Shown piece after piece: positions 12,076-25,360 of a stretch of DNA of 64,000 nucleotides. The stretch covers positions 994,001 to 1,058,000 of the forward strand of contig MU058009.1 of NCBI GenBank assembly GCA_013265495.1. The letters run 5' to 3'. This DNA is from Vicugna vicugna (lineage: Eukaryota). Both the position numbers and the translations under genes were made by a program. The notes below the pieces were generated by a model. It saw only the letters and a program-made list of their open reading frames with translations. It was not told where the DNA came from and made no database searches. Numbering within the stretch: position 1 is the first letter of the stretch; the number at the start of each line of letters is the position of its first letter.

Positions 12076-14124
12076 ACTTACTGTGGGGAATGGTAGATGT
12101 GTTATCCAGGGGCAGCTTTGCATGACTGGATTGCTGTGAATGTCAACATGACCTTGAAGGAAGGTTTATGAGCAACCGAAGGGAAGGATTTTAGCAAAAG
12201 TCTAAGGAGCGTATTCCATCTGACAGGGCAGCCTTTGGAGGGGAGCTAGATTCGAGACAGGAGGGAACGCTCTTGGTCAAAGCTGGGAGAGAAGACAGAG
12301 GAGGGCTACGAGAGGATGCCTGAGTGGTGGGAAGGCAACTGGGGATGGAGAACGAAGCTGCGTTTAGAATCAAGATTTCATACCACTGGGCATGCTTCCC
12401 TCACCTCACCTCACCTCTTATTCCTGTTTCTCTCAGTGGGATAAAGAGTTTCTCGACAGAACAAGATGTCTTCAGGAAAATGTCTGACATAAGAAATCAA
12501 ATGCATGTTCCACACTACTCCCTCATGCCCAAAGCCACCTGACTGCATTTGTATTCATTGCCAGTTATTAGAGATTTCTGCCCTTCTGATGATGGAATAA
12601 ATCCGAGAAGTGGCTTCTGGGCCAGATGATCTGTACGAATTGGTGTCTCAGGTCTTGAAGAAGGAGCCACGTTTCATAGATGGGGGCTGAACAGAGAGTA
12701 TCTGGACTGTGTTGTGCCCACAGAGGCTCTTGACAGCTGTGAACCCTACCTCCTCCACCTGAAACACTACCGAATGTTCCTCTCATTAATATTCCAGAAT
12801 GCTGCACAGCAGAGAACTTGGAATGTGCACATCTTAAAAGCTAAGGGCATTATGAGATGTGTGTATGTTTTAGCCAGTTCTAATGACACTACCCGGGTGT
12901 AATGAGTCCTTAACAAAGAGTTCAAAACATCAAGCAATTTAAATCTCCATTGGAACGTGTATCAGAAACAGAAAAAAGTAAAGGAAGTGAAGAAGGGAGG
13001 GAGAGAGACCCACACCAGTCAAGTGCAACATTCCTGTGATCGCTTTAACTTGATTGTTGCAAAACTTCATTGTTGACTTCCTTTACCTGGCAAAGAAATA
13101 AATATACATTGCAGATCATTTAGCCCAGAAAATTTCCCCCAGTCCATCAACTCTTAGGTAATTACTGCTTCATTAGGCTGAGTTTATAACGACCTGTTTA
13201 CAATCATGGAATGAATCAGCTCAGAACCACAGGGAGCTACAACGGAGGCTGACTGTTGTGGCACCTCCTCCTGTCACCCAGCCTCAGGGAGGGTTCCCTG
13301 TGGTACTGAGCGGGACTGGAGAGCTGTCACCTTCGGGAGGGTCTCCCTGCTGGGGTGCTTACTGTCACCTGGTTGCAGATACGGGAAAGCAGCTGGTGGC
13401 TGTTTTTGTGCGGATGCTAGTAGAAGGCACTTGGTCATTGTATGGGGACTTCCCCTAGAGGTCCTTCAGGCCTTCCTCCTAACCTTGACATTCTAGGAGG
13501 CTTTGGTAACTCTTAGCCCCATGTCACTTGGTACATTTCTGGATTACAGGTGACACCCAATGAGCCACTCTTCTTCCTCAGCAACACTGTGAGGATTTTT
13601 TAATAAGATAATGGGAAGTGGGTATTGATTACTAAATACACTTGTGTGTTTAAGGCAAACCAACAATTCAGCACATCCAGGGTTGCCCAGCAGTCTCTTG
13701 CCTAAGAATGAGTGTGTTTTTAATAATCAATTGCTGTTTATTTGACACACGGCTGTCTGGGCAAATTTAAATGATGTGTATTTAGGAACCTTGATGTAAA
13801 CCACTACCTTAGAAACATAGTCATTTATCAGGGACTAAGTTGTTGTTAATAACCTTCCCCAGGGGAATTGCAGGCAAATGGTTATGTATTTGATGATATT
13901 GGGCCTTCAGTCAGACACGCTGAGAAACTTAATCTTCCATTTCAGAAGAATAATAGGATGCTATGTGCTAGAACAGTGACAGGGTCTGCAAAATAGACTG
14001 CATTATTCTCACAGAGTATTAGGACAGAGGCGGGGCTAGGGCGCATATGAATTTCATTCAAAATGTGCTCAGTTTTGCACTAGAGGAAGCCTTATAAAAA
14101 TGAGGTGAGAGCTCTCTGACAGAA

Positions 14125-14320
14125 AGAGCCGTAGATTGTTTCAGCTGCAGGCAAATTTGAAGATCATCTAGTCTGATCTTAGAGTCTATAGTCGAACCTT
14201 TATTTTACTGATGAGGAAATGGGGCATAGAATGGAGTGGGTGGGGATGTCCCATTCAAGGTCCCAGGGTAAGAAATGGAAGAACTCAGGTTGAAGTAATA
14301 CCAAGACTCCATTCTTCATG
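14125..14320 (-). mobile_element. MIR/MIR3 SINE
   Basis: 'gaagatcatctagtc...ttattttactgatgaggaaatgggg...caaggtcc...gaactcagg'. Confidence 0.6.
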
Positions 14321-14589
14321 GTGTTTTTCAACCCAACTATACTATAACCAAGCAGGACCCTATTGTCATCCTTGGTGGCCATCTGATATCTGTAATGGTG
14401 CTTGGAACTGCTTAACTGTATGATGGCTTAAAGGGGTTTTCTCATGTTCTTGGTGACCAAGGTTGGACTGGAGAGAAGGGAGGCTTTGGTGGTCTGTCCA
14501 ACCCCCTCATGGTGCTATATGCAGGGAGCATGCTCAGTGCTCTTGCCCTCAGTGCCCTCCTCTTGACCCCTTGTGGTTTCCTTGTATCC

Positions 14590-15083
14590 TGTTGTTCGAG
14601 CTGCAAGCTTCAGCCTGCAACAGGAGATTCCAGGCCTTAGGCTGCTTAAAAGGCTAAAAGCATTTATCAATCTAACTTTAAACTGCACAAGTTTCTCTCT
14701 AGAGCTCTTTTCCAGGAATCTCCTTCCAGTGAATCCTTTGTTCTAGGAACAAGACTATTAAGAGAGTCCCAAAGCCAGAGTTGAACTTCATACCCAGCAG
14801 AGGGAAGGGAACCACTGCATCTGCAAAAACAAGAACAACTTTGCAATAATTTGTTACCCTGTATATGATCTCTATGGAAACTAGCTCTGCTCCTTGAACT
14901 CTTGAATTTTACTATAAAAACCCCTGCCTTCTCTCCCCAGGGGCTCACAGTCTTAGAGGCATTAGACCATTGTGACTTCCTTTACCTGGCAAAGAAATAA
15001 AGCTGCCTTTTCTGCTTCATCCAGAGCTCTGTCCTTGAGTCTCAGTTCAGTAAGTGGGATACAGAGGCTGTGTTTCATCAACA
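14590..15083 (+). mobile_element. ERV solo LTR (probably ERV1 class, cetartiodactyl lineage); 5' boundary uncertain
   Basis: U3-R-U5 layout: TATAAAA at 14913-14919, AATAAA at 14996-15001 within 'cctggcaaagaaataaagctg', U5 'ctctgtccttgag...acagaggctg' ending in CA at 15083; no TSD found. Confidence 0.75.
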
Positions 15084-15834
15084 CTAGTGATGGCATAGAT
15101 ATTAAACAGTGGTGAAGCAGTGCCACGTGTGTGATCAAGTGATTTGCTGGGTGATACCATCAAGAACTGAAGAGATCCCCTGGGGGTGGGACAAACAAAG
15201 GAAGCCTCATGGAAAATGTTAAGGACTGGAAGTGACCTGGCATGAGAATGATATTTACATTGTCAGTGATGAAACCCCAGGGCAATATGGACATAGGAAA
15301 CATTGGCACAAGCTTGGAATCTGGCCCAAGAGCAGCATATTTAGTGTGTGCTGCCCTGGGCAGGAATGAAGGGAAGTATGGGTAGCAGGGAATGGAAAGA
15401 GGGGACAGTTAGGAGAGGCCCTGGCACTCTGCCACATGAGCACCAGGGTGAAGAGGAAGAAAACTTCTGTCCTCTTAAAAACTTTAAGATTCTAGAAATG
15501 TATGAAATTTGTGGCTGTGTCTGTCTAGACAAAGAGACAAATTAAGAAGCCAATAATTATAAATCTTTCTAGATTAAGACTTCCATAATTTTATCCTCAA
15601 TGCGAGTATTTTTAAAAAACTTACCTCCTCTAATAAAACTGTTCTAAAATATCTTACGCTTAAATAGTTTGCTAAAATATCAATTTAGACATTTTTTCTA
15701 AGTTTTCCTTTTGTGTCTGCCTCCTCTGGTCCTCTTTGTTGTTTGGACTGATATCATATCTGAAAAATATATCCAACACAATTTTCAATTAAAAAATAAG
15801 TGCTGAAAATATATTAAGGGAATAAATACACGAA

Positions 15835-16050
15835 CATTAATGAGTATTATGTACACAGTACTTTCTAGCTATCTAAATGCTTTCACATCAATTATCTCCT
15901 TTAATTCTTGCAGTTATCTTAAGAAACAGCTCTAATTATTATTCACATTTTAAAAATAATAAAACTTGCTCGGAGAGGTTAATTATCCAAGATCATGCAT
16001 CACGCAACTAGGAAGGGACAGAGATAGGAAGTCTTATAACTTCAAAGTCC
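15835..16050 (-). mobile_element. MIR SINE
   Basis: 'ttaattcttgcag...attattcacatttt...ctcggagaggttaattatccaagatcatgc'. Confidence 0.7.
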
Positions 16051-16329
16051 TATGTTTTGTTTTCTTTTTTTTCTTCTTTGCATGGAAAGAAATCAAAAAT
16101 ACTGAAGTATCTCAGGTAATTGCCTTAAAATTCAAACTCACTTTGCTCATGAAGACCCAACTTATATACCAGAATGCAACTAATAACTAAATAATTAATT
16201 TCATAATGACACTCACTAGCTACTCAGCTGCCTACATTTAAACCATCCATCAGTCATGCTTAAAGATGTACCCCAATGGAAGCAAAGCCTGGAGGTAAGT
16301 GAAACAACTGAATTATGAACACAGGGCCT

Positions 16330-16800
16330 TGGAACCACAGAAAAGGGAGCTATCAGTTCTGAGGGAGGAAATCTCAGACGCTCTCACTGAGAGAGCGCTT
16401 GGTGTTAGACCAGAGTCTTGGAAGGTCAGTAGAAACTTGAAATGCTAAAAAGAGAAGGACGTTTTTTCCCAACTGAGTGAAATGATTTGATTCTAAAATC
16501 AAGACAGTGTGACTATGTGAAACTATGAGGACCTGCCAAGGGTCCAGGTGTTGGAATGAGAGGTGGGCGGGGGGCGACAGGTGAGATGCCTGAGCCTTGA
16601 CAGGTAGGTGATCACAAAGAGCGACACACATCAAGCCCTGGAATTTAGACTAAAGAGTGTAGGCGAGATAGCTTTTGCGGTGTTTCAAGCTGAAAAATGA
16701 CGAGGCCAGGCATGCATTTCAGAAAGACTTTTCTACTGACTTGGGGGGGAGGGTGGACAAGCCCCAGTACAGATAAATATTGGAGACGTGATTGTAATGG
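16330..16800 (-). mobile_element. Degraded L2 fragments
   Basis: Purine-rich antisense L2-like stretches, e.g. 'tttcaagctgaaaaatgac...gcatttcagaaagact'. Confidence 0.45.
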
Positions 16801-16807
16801 TCTAGGT

Positions 16808-16995
16808 CAGTGCTCCTTAAATTTTTAGTAGCTTATGAATTACCTGGGGATATTGTTGAAATGCAGCTTCTGATTTAGGGGTTCTGGGTGGGACCCAATA
16901 ATTTGCATTTCAAACAAGCGTTCAAGTGGTGAGCAGCAAGGGGCTGGGTGAGGGATAAGAAGAGCTCATATGAAAGCCATAGCAATACGAATGGA
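16808..16995. mobile_element. MER5A (hAT-Charlie DNA transposon fossil)
   Basis: 'cagtgctccttaaa...gaattacctggggatattgttgaaatgcagcttctgatt...gggtgggacccaataatttgcatttcaaacaag'. Confidence 0.85.
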
Positions 16996-19004
16996 GAGAG
17001 GGGGAGGTCTCCGAGGCATTTCTGAGGTCCCAGAAAAACCGAAGTCTACCTCTCTTTTGTTGTCTAGCTGAGTTCTGGCAGGTGATCACTGCTCTCTCTT
17101 GCCCACAAGTCTTGTGTAATTTTAAAGAGCTTACTGTGTCATGAGTTCTTTGGACATCCAAGCAGCTTTTTCAAAACAGAAATGTATTATTTGTGTACAT
17201 ATTTCCTGGTTGTCATGTGAAATCAAAATTCCCTAAATGTTACAGGTTATATCATAATTTCCCTGCTACGCTCCAGTGAAAATACAGTACTTGGTAATAA
17301 TAAATACTTGTTAGACTCGGTGTGTTCCTGAAAAACATAAGAATATTGTCACTTTTTGTTGTTGTTAATGTTATATTTTTGGTGCTGGGGATGAAAATGT
17401 AAAGCTCACAAGTTAAAGCTGATCTCTAGACAAACACGTTATACTCAAGAATCCTTTCGAAGTATGAAAACTTATTAAACATATTTAATGAAATGGGATG
17501 TTCATTAATAAATGTCGTTTTCCCATAAGCTCGTTTTAGAAAGGTTTACCTAACTAAAGTTTATATAAAGAGACTATTCCTACCTAAGTGCTTCCACAGC
17601 AAAACCTTGAGTACCCATCTGGGGCTCAGAATGAAAATCTGAGGATGGAAGAATTCAGTGAGAACAGGACAAGCTGTGATAAAGTCTGATGGTAGAAATG
17701 GTCAGAGCTGACACCTTCCTTCCTCAAGAGAATGGGAACAAATTGGTTCTAAATTCGATTGAGTTAACTCTGATTCTCTCAAATTGCTTTAGATCCCTGA
17801 GCTGGTCGGGCCTGGGCATGAACTTGGCTTCAACTCTAGCAATAAAATGTCCTTTTAGCTCCGTAGGTCTGGGGATGAAAAGACTGCATGGTCTAAGGAG
17901 AAGGTCATGGCTTTTAGAGAAAGGTATGGGTTAAATTCCTCCCGATCCTGTCAAATACCAGAATTAGTAAGTTCTTGTCGGTAAGTTATGTAACTGAGCT
18001 GGGCTTCAGAACAGCCATCCATAAAAATGGCGAAAACCATCCTTGTGAGACGTAAGTGGGACCTGGAGTGATCACTGCTCAGATGTTCCTTCCTTTTTCC
18101 ATTCAGTCTATTCCGATTATAACTTTCTTTGAGACTGTGGACAAGAACATGGTGCAATCAAAGCTCTGGATGATAATAATTACAAGAAAACAGATTCAAT
18201 CTTGTCATAAGCTGAACTATAGCTTTAGTTTCAAATTTTTCTCTGAATATATGAAATGTCTTAGGTTGTCAAAGACAACGTGAACAATATAAAGGTAATA
18301 TTGCTTTATTCTCAGCGTTGGGGCAGGCAGGATGTTGTATTGGATTTTCTGCCACCTTTTGGTTGACTGGATAAAAGCTTAAGAATCGCTTTCTGGAGGA
18401 CAGTGTTTGCGAGACAAAGCAGATCTGTCTGCCGGTCATTCCAGGGGGATCGACTCCCATGAGAATTTTCTGAAAGCAAGTCTTTCTCTCATTTCAAACT
18501 TTAGCAGTCTTCTTTTTTGAAACATGGCCCTTCTTCTTTGTATTTTAGTGCTACATTTATCATCCGTTTGGTGTGTGCTTTGATGTAATTCACTTAACCT
18601 GTTTGGGCCTGAATAAACCAAACACAAAATCCTGCTTTCGCAGTGTGACTCATGAATATTTTAATGAATGAAGGGCTTATTTATGTAGTACAGAGATTCC
18701 TTATCAAAATATTCTCAGTAAATTTAAGGAAAAAAATAAGTGCAAAAATACAATGATTTTAACCAACAGTACATATGAATGAATGAAAGAACCTTGAGAT
18801 ATAATTTAGTCCCTCCACTCACTCTGTGTGCTGGTGATAGTCACCCAAACATTCATAATCACCCTCATTTCCATTATCTTACAATTTATATTGCATATAT
18901 TCTTTAGTTTTTTTAGCCAGTTTAATGTTACTTAAAGCATCCTATTACAGATTGAAGCCTGAGTCTATCTTCTATATCTGAAATCTTCATGTATTTTTTC
19001 TGTG

Positions 19005-19530
19005 TCCAGGGAATATTTATGGAGCATATAATACAGGCTAGAAACTCTGCTAAACTCTAGGGATACAGTAATTGTGAAACAGGAGAGTCTCTGTTTTCAG
19101 GGAACTTCTCCTCTAGTGGAAGAAGACAGACAATGAACAAACAAATAGACAGGTGATGTGACATGTCAGGAAGAACAATAAAGCAGACTAGAAGAAGAGT
19201 CTGACTGGGGGTGGGGGCGGTTAGAACTGGTGGTCCAGGAGGAGTTATTTGATTGGTGGTTATTTTTTCATTAAAGATAGAAAAAGAGAGAGCAAGTTAG
19301 AAGGTTGTCTTGGAGAAGAGCTTCCTCAACAGAGAGAATAGCATGTGCAAAGGTCCTGCGCAGGAGGGCAGTTGGCTTGCTGAAGGTGAGCAAGGGGGGC
19401 TGCCGGGGCTGGGCTGGGGCGGCAGGGGAGAGGAAGGAGACGAGGTCGGGGAGAGAGGGGAGGTGGAGCACTGAAGCCTTTCAGGCTGCAGTGGGGAGTT
19501 TTGATACTTCTGTGCACAGTGTGGGGATTT
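19005..19530 (-). mobile_element. L2 LINE (antisense 3' region)
   Basis: 'atatttatggagcatata...ctagggatacagta...ttctcctctagtgg...gaatagcatgtgcaaaggtcctg'. Confidence 0.8.
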
Positions 19531-19605
19531 TGAGCCTATGATTTATGTAACCAGTTCTTTCTTTTCAAGAGAATAGACTTGATGGGCTGAAAAGTTAAGT
19601 CAGAG

Positions 19606-19737
19606 TAGAATGGCCGTCTAATTTATCATCTAAACCAGGACACTTTTTTTGAGAGTGAAAATTGACACAATTCACACATAAGCAAGACAGGCATAAGACA
19701 GCTTGTCCTGAGCAAACTGGGACCCTTCTTTACCCTA
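19606..19737. mobile_element. MER94-like hAT-Blackjack MITE
   Basis: 'aatttatcatctaaaccaggacactttttttgagagtgaaa...tgtcctgagcaaactgggac...acccta'; about 130 bp with a degenerate TAGGGT/ACCCTA terminus. Confidence 0.75.
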
Positions 19738-19949
19738 AAGCAGAGAGGCCACTTGTGAGCAACCGGGGAGGGTCACCTCCCGGAGAGGGCATGCTCCCTG
19801 CGTGGGCCAGATTTTTCTAGCTGCCCCTCTGGGGCTACTCTCCACCTATTTATCCCACTCCCCGTCACAGGAGTCTGACCTGAAGGAAATCTTTAATGAA
19901 TTCATAAGTCTTATGGCTTCCCTTGGAATTCAGCCACAGGGGAACCCGA

Positions 19950-20270
19950 GCTGGAGATGGAGGGAGGGTGTGCTCACTCCTCTAACTTCTTCCCCAAAGG
20001 TGGCCTCACACTAGCTCCGTCCCTCCAGACATCATTCCACCCTTCCGGCAAGGCAGCTTGCTTCCAGGACTTTCTCTTCTTCCAGGTTCTGGTAACATTT
20101 TTCTCCCCTGGTCCCTTTAGGCCCAGGACTAGCACCAGCTGCCTCTGCTAGCCCAGGGTGTCTGTACCATCCCTTGTGGTCCCCTAACACCCCGTCTGCT
20201 GCTTTCTGGTTAATCTTTTTGTAAACAAACTCTCCTTGAATTATCCCAATTTGACTGTGCCGTTGCGGGA
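19950..20270 (+). mobile_element. Ancient ERVL-class LTR fragment
   Basis: 3' motif 'aaactctccttgaattatcccaatttgactgtgcc' and 'ttccaggttctggtaac...tccctttaggccc'. Confidence 0.55.
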
Positions 20271-23200
20271 GAGTGCCTGGCACACCACCCACCCCTGAGG
20301 ATGGTTCCAGGAATGAATCACTGCAAGACGTGCCTGGCAAATGGGATCCTCGGTACACCAGGCTCTGGAGAGGCCTCCATAAATCACAAGGTGCATTAAT
20401 TTCTTAAGGGAACAAAGAAAAAGCAAAGAGGATGCTCTTCTCCTCTGACTCCCTCTAAACTCAGGAATTCATCAAGCAGCCTTTGAAAGGAAGCATTCAA
20501 GACAAATCTTAAAATTCTATGTCTTTCAACTGCAGCCTGAACGGCCCGCTTTATGTTTCAAAATAGGTTCTCGTTATCGGACGCCTTTGTAATGAGGAGC
20601 ATTTCTCAGCAAAGGCGGCTCCAGACCCTACCTTTGCCTTTAGAAGGAGCTTTCCTGATTTGCACACCAACTGAAAGGGTTTTACCTCGAGAAGGTGGCA
20701 AAATAGAGGCGCGGCTGGGCGATGCTGAAATACAGGGAATCAGAATAAGAGTGATTTAAATCAAAAACAGTTCCTTAAAGTCAGGGTGAACTAGAAATTG
20801 AGCCTGGTGGCAGATGAAGTGCAAAATAGCGTGAAGGGGATGCTCTGGGTAACGGCGATGCTGTGTATTTGTTTCAATGACTTTAGAAAACTGAGTAATC
20901 CAGAAACTCCAAGTCTTGATCCTCACAACGTCTTAGGAAGAGAGGAACAAGGGAGGGTCAGAGGGCGATGGCAATCTCCAGAAGCCCTTCACTAGCAAAG
21001 GACATGGCCAGCGGGCCTTCCCTTTAATCTGCGTATTCCTAGAGCCAAGCAAGGGACCTAGCGATGATTTAGGAATTCGTAATGTTTATCAGGTGAATGC
21101 AGTGAGTGAAGAAAATAGCAACCGACAAATTTCAGGGCACAGGAAGACATCACGCCGTCCATGAGATTTACTCCTTCCAACCTGAGTCAGATTGGTAAAA
21201 AGAATTTAGTCAGGGGAACAACTGGATCGCCTGCCATTGTGTAACTTAAACAAAGGCATACTCATCCAATATTTGCCTTGTTCAGCTTGTGGCTTTGAAT
21301 TGATGTTTCTAGTCATGCGTCATAATATTGTGATGTTCTCATAGTGACAATACTTTTTGTTTCCGACTCAAAAATACTGAATCACATGCCTTTTTGATTA
21401 ATAAGGATAAAAGGTATTTGATAATGAGGTCTTGGGAGAGAATTTAACAGCATTCTAAAAAACACATGGCTCTACGTGAAGTGTGGAGAGGCGAGAATTG
21501 CCAACCAGTAGCCCAAGGAATGGTGCCTAATGTCTAGGGGCAAGCGTTGTCTAGCCTTGGTAAGAGCAGAGAGAGACTGTGGCAGAGGAGTGGCAGGGTT
21601 TCCAAAAGGAGAAACTGCCTTTAATTTTTAGCCCTTCTATGGATTCAGTCAATGGCTCTAAGCCTCAGATTACAGAGACCCCCAAGTTCATGTAAAGTCT
21701 CCACTTGCTCATTTGTGGAGAAAGGAAAGGAGAGCAGCTAATTAGACAGTGGCTCTGATCAACTGCGTACCAGCTGCCTTGTTCCTTTTCCTCTCTGCCC
21801 ATCTAGCGCTCCCACTTGGCACGTGCCATTTTCTCTTCCTTCTGCACGACAGATTCACTGCCTCCTGCCCGAGAATCCACTGGCATTTGTGTTGTTCTTC
21901 AGGTTGGGCACTGAAGGCATTCGTGTGTCCCTTAGGACAAAAGTAACTGGGTTACTTCTCTCAGAGGTATCAGCGTTTAAGCCTTAGATCATTGTCATCC
22001 TCAGTAGATGCATTTCAAACATCAGAAGAAGTGAGTTATAGTGATGATACGAGTGCTATGGCCTTTGTTCCTTAAGTCGTAACCCGCTGACAAATCTCTT
22101 TTAGGAGAAGACAATGGCTAGAGCATCCTTATGATCCTACTTTCCCTCTGGAGTAAGAGAGAACACTGACTCATGCATCATTCATCATACATATTTTATT
22201 AATTATTTTAGCTTGGATTGATTTTGGCTTTTCATATAAAAATAGCCATAGAATTTAAGAATGAGGAGCCATTACACAGGTAATCTTTTTTTTCTCCCAA
22301 ATTAAGATTCCCCTAAAGCATGAAATTAGTAAATGGAAGACTCTCAACTAAAACACATTGCCCCCATCTTTTTCCAAAACCCCAGCTGGTACAGTTGGTC
22401 TCTTTGGGCCACCAAGAGTTTTACATTATTCTGCTTTCTTTGTATTAAGTTACATATTAGATGCGCTATTTTATGCAAAATATCCGAATAGTTAAGACTC
22501 CCCCAACTATACTTTCCTAGCTGCTCTTCAGATATTTCAGGTAAAAGAGTTTCTTTGCTCCAATTATCAGAGTAATTTAGGTACATAGACTCTGTCAGTG
22601 CTAATGCTCAAACCATTTTCTTCCTCTTTTCTGAGTGATAAAAATTTTAAAAGAACAGAAAAAGCATTAAATGAATATGTTTTTGCGGTCGTTTGAAGGT
22701 CTGTAATGAGAACAGGAAATACATAATTGAACACAGAGTAGTACAAGGTAAGTCATCAGTGTAATAAATTGAAACACACAGTCGTGCAAAGTAATAAGCT
22801 AGAACACTTTTATATGAGGTCAGGTGTGTTGCTTTGAAGTTGGACTGCAATTTGCCTTCCCTAGGACAGAACTGTCTCCTGATTCTGCATGCTTATTAAT
22901 CTACAGTCATTTAATGAGGCAAAGGGTGACCAACAGGTGATTTCAGGAAATTTGCTGCAGTAGCCACAAGGCTAGAGATCAGCTAGAGTCTTGAACATGC
23001 AAAATTAGCTTTCTTTATTCTTGAGTTGATTATCAGGCTGAGCTCCGTTTGCACCATGGCATCATACAGTTACCTTCATGTTGCCCCCTGACTATTACTG
23101 CCTATAAGTTTGAACAATAACACCAATCAGGAGATTTCTTCCCATCACTTAGTGAACAGCAGGTCTAGGTTCCAGTTCCAGCTTTACCAGCATCCATTTT

Positions 23201-24197
23201 CTGAAGAAAACCTTTTCTTAGAAGTCCCAATTCAAAATGGTCCCTCTGAGTCCTCATTCACTCCCACCTCATCATATTGTGTGGGGGTACTTGAAGTATG
23301 AATGGGCTGATGCAAAGGATGTTTCCTGGAAACTTCTGGGGAAAAAAGATAAAAGCACATCCCAGAAATTATATTGTAGTTAAAAACCTGTGGGTATGAA
23401 AAAATGCTGGCAGGTGTTTGAAAACAAGCAAAGTCCAATTAGCTGGAGAATTTTTCCTGGTAATATTTGATAAGCCTGACTCCCAGCTTGGTCAGAACTA
23501 TAACTAGCATTTCGTTCCTTAGTGACTTTCAGGGAGATCTTGAAATGCTTTATAAACATTGATAAAGCCTTCAAACCTGTCTTTGAAGAAGACTTGAATA
23601 AACAAAATTTGACATTCCTGATAAGGATGGGGCACCTGTTAGGAACAATCTGGTAGCGTTACCTTTATTTGAGCTCTGTTTAATTCTGGAGGTAGAGTTG
23701 CGTCTGGTGTCTTAATTCATGACACAGTTTTCCATGTTAGCGAATCTACCCAAGGAAGAGCATAACTCTAAAAGGTTTTGAGAGTTTTGCTCTTCTTGTA
23801 ATTGAATTATTCAACAAGTTTTCTTTGGAGCACCTACTACATATTCAGGCTGCACTAGGCATTATGAGGCTTTGAAATGGAGACCTGAGACCATGAGTCA
23901 TACGACAGGGGAGAAACGAAGGGAAAGCACAGAGAAGGGCAGCAAGACAGTGAGCTGTGGCAGGAAAGATGGGCTATTGAGGATGAAGAGAACCTGGCTT
24001 TTAAGATCCAATTTAATGTTTAACTAACATGCTACTGTATTCCTAATTAATATTAACATTTACACAGAAAGCTGGAGACAAGTGTCCATAAGACACTTCT
24101 TGCACTATCAGGCACTGGAAGATTGGAAAATCAATCCTCCACCCCAACGTGTTGTTCAAAGTTAAAAGCAACATAGATGCCTTGAGAAATTGCAAAC

Positions 24198-24245
24198 TTT
24201 ATATATATATATATATATGTGTGTGTGTATTTATATGTAAATATA
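24198..24245. repeat. (TA)n(TG)n microsatellite
   Basis: Read directly from the sequence. Confidence 0.9.
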
Positions 24246-25139
24246 TAAAATTTATTTCTTGATGAAGCAAAAATTCTCCCTGATTTAAGATCACCAAATT
24301 AGAAATTTGATAATCAATAGTGACACATCTGAAGACTTCCAGGAGCCTTCTATTGCTCTTAGCAACTAATATTCTTTTACAAGAAATCAGCGGTGCTGAG
24401 TGCAACCGTTACCCTCCCTACAGGCCATTTACCATTTTAAAGATGCTGCATACATCAACTTGACCTCACAATGACCTTTCTGAGACTGCTTTTAAGACAG
24501 AAGAAACAAGGAAGAGAGAAACACAGAAGCTGAACTTAGAACCAAAGCCACTTGGCTCAGCTTAGTTACGTTTACCATGAATAAGGCCAGGATGGAGGTT
24601 TAAGTCCCACTCCAGTTACTCCGCTTTGCCAATCTCTATACATTCTGTGGACTCCAGGTTCTTCCACCCATGATGGTAAGTATTTTTAAGTGGATACAGG
24701 CAGAAAGCAAAGGAACCTCCACCCAAGGAATATCATACACCGCGTGCCATGCCAGGAGAGGAGTTAGACGTACCTCTTCTAGAAGCAATGTTTATAATGG
24801 CTGTTGCCCACTGCACATTCTGAGAAGCAATATTCTCTCTAGCTGTGGCTATCCCAGTATTCTGATAATTTTATTTTTGTTCAATCAGGGAACTGTTTCT
24901 CTCATTCTATCCTTTCCATTCACTCAAAATAGTGTTGATTCTTCTTGATCTCCCATGATAAGGTACCAGCAGCTGAAATGAAGGCTACACGGACATAATT
25001 CTATTTCAAAACATAGAATCAAAAAAGTGGGTTGTGTGTCTAAGACTGTCCCATTTAATTCTTCTCATATTTAATGTGAGATTCCTCATTCCAAACTGAA
25101 AGTCATTTTTTTCCGTCCTTCTTCAGGGTCTCGTTGTTC

Positions 25140-25360
25140 TCATTAGTCCATTCATTCAACCATTCAATTCGTATTTATTGAGTGCCAGACACTGTGCTAG
25201 ACAAGGGATAAAATGATGAGCAAAAGAGCAAATAAAATTCCTGTTTTAACGGAAGTTTCAGGCTAGTGAGAGAAGACTTAATTAAATGATCACACACAAT
25301 TAAATCTAAATTTTCAACAGTGAGAAGTGCATCAAAAAAAGTACACAGTGTCTTAATCTA
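25140..25360 (-). mobile_element. L2 3' end (antisense)
   Basis: 'ttcattcaaccattcaattcgtatttattgagtgccagacactgtgctag'. Confidence 0.8.

Noticed and set aside
20032..20358. Collagen-like 'GPKGTRGEK' peptide in a minus-strand ORF
   Set aside because: Only a few Gly-X-Y triplets, located in an LTR fragment, with no collagen-type exon boundaries.
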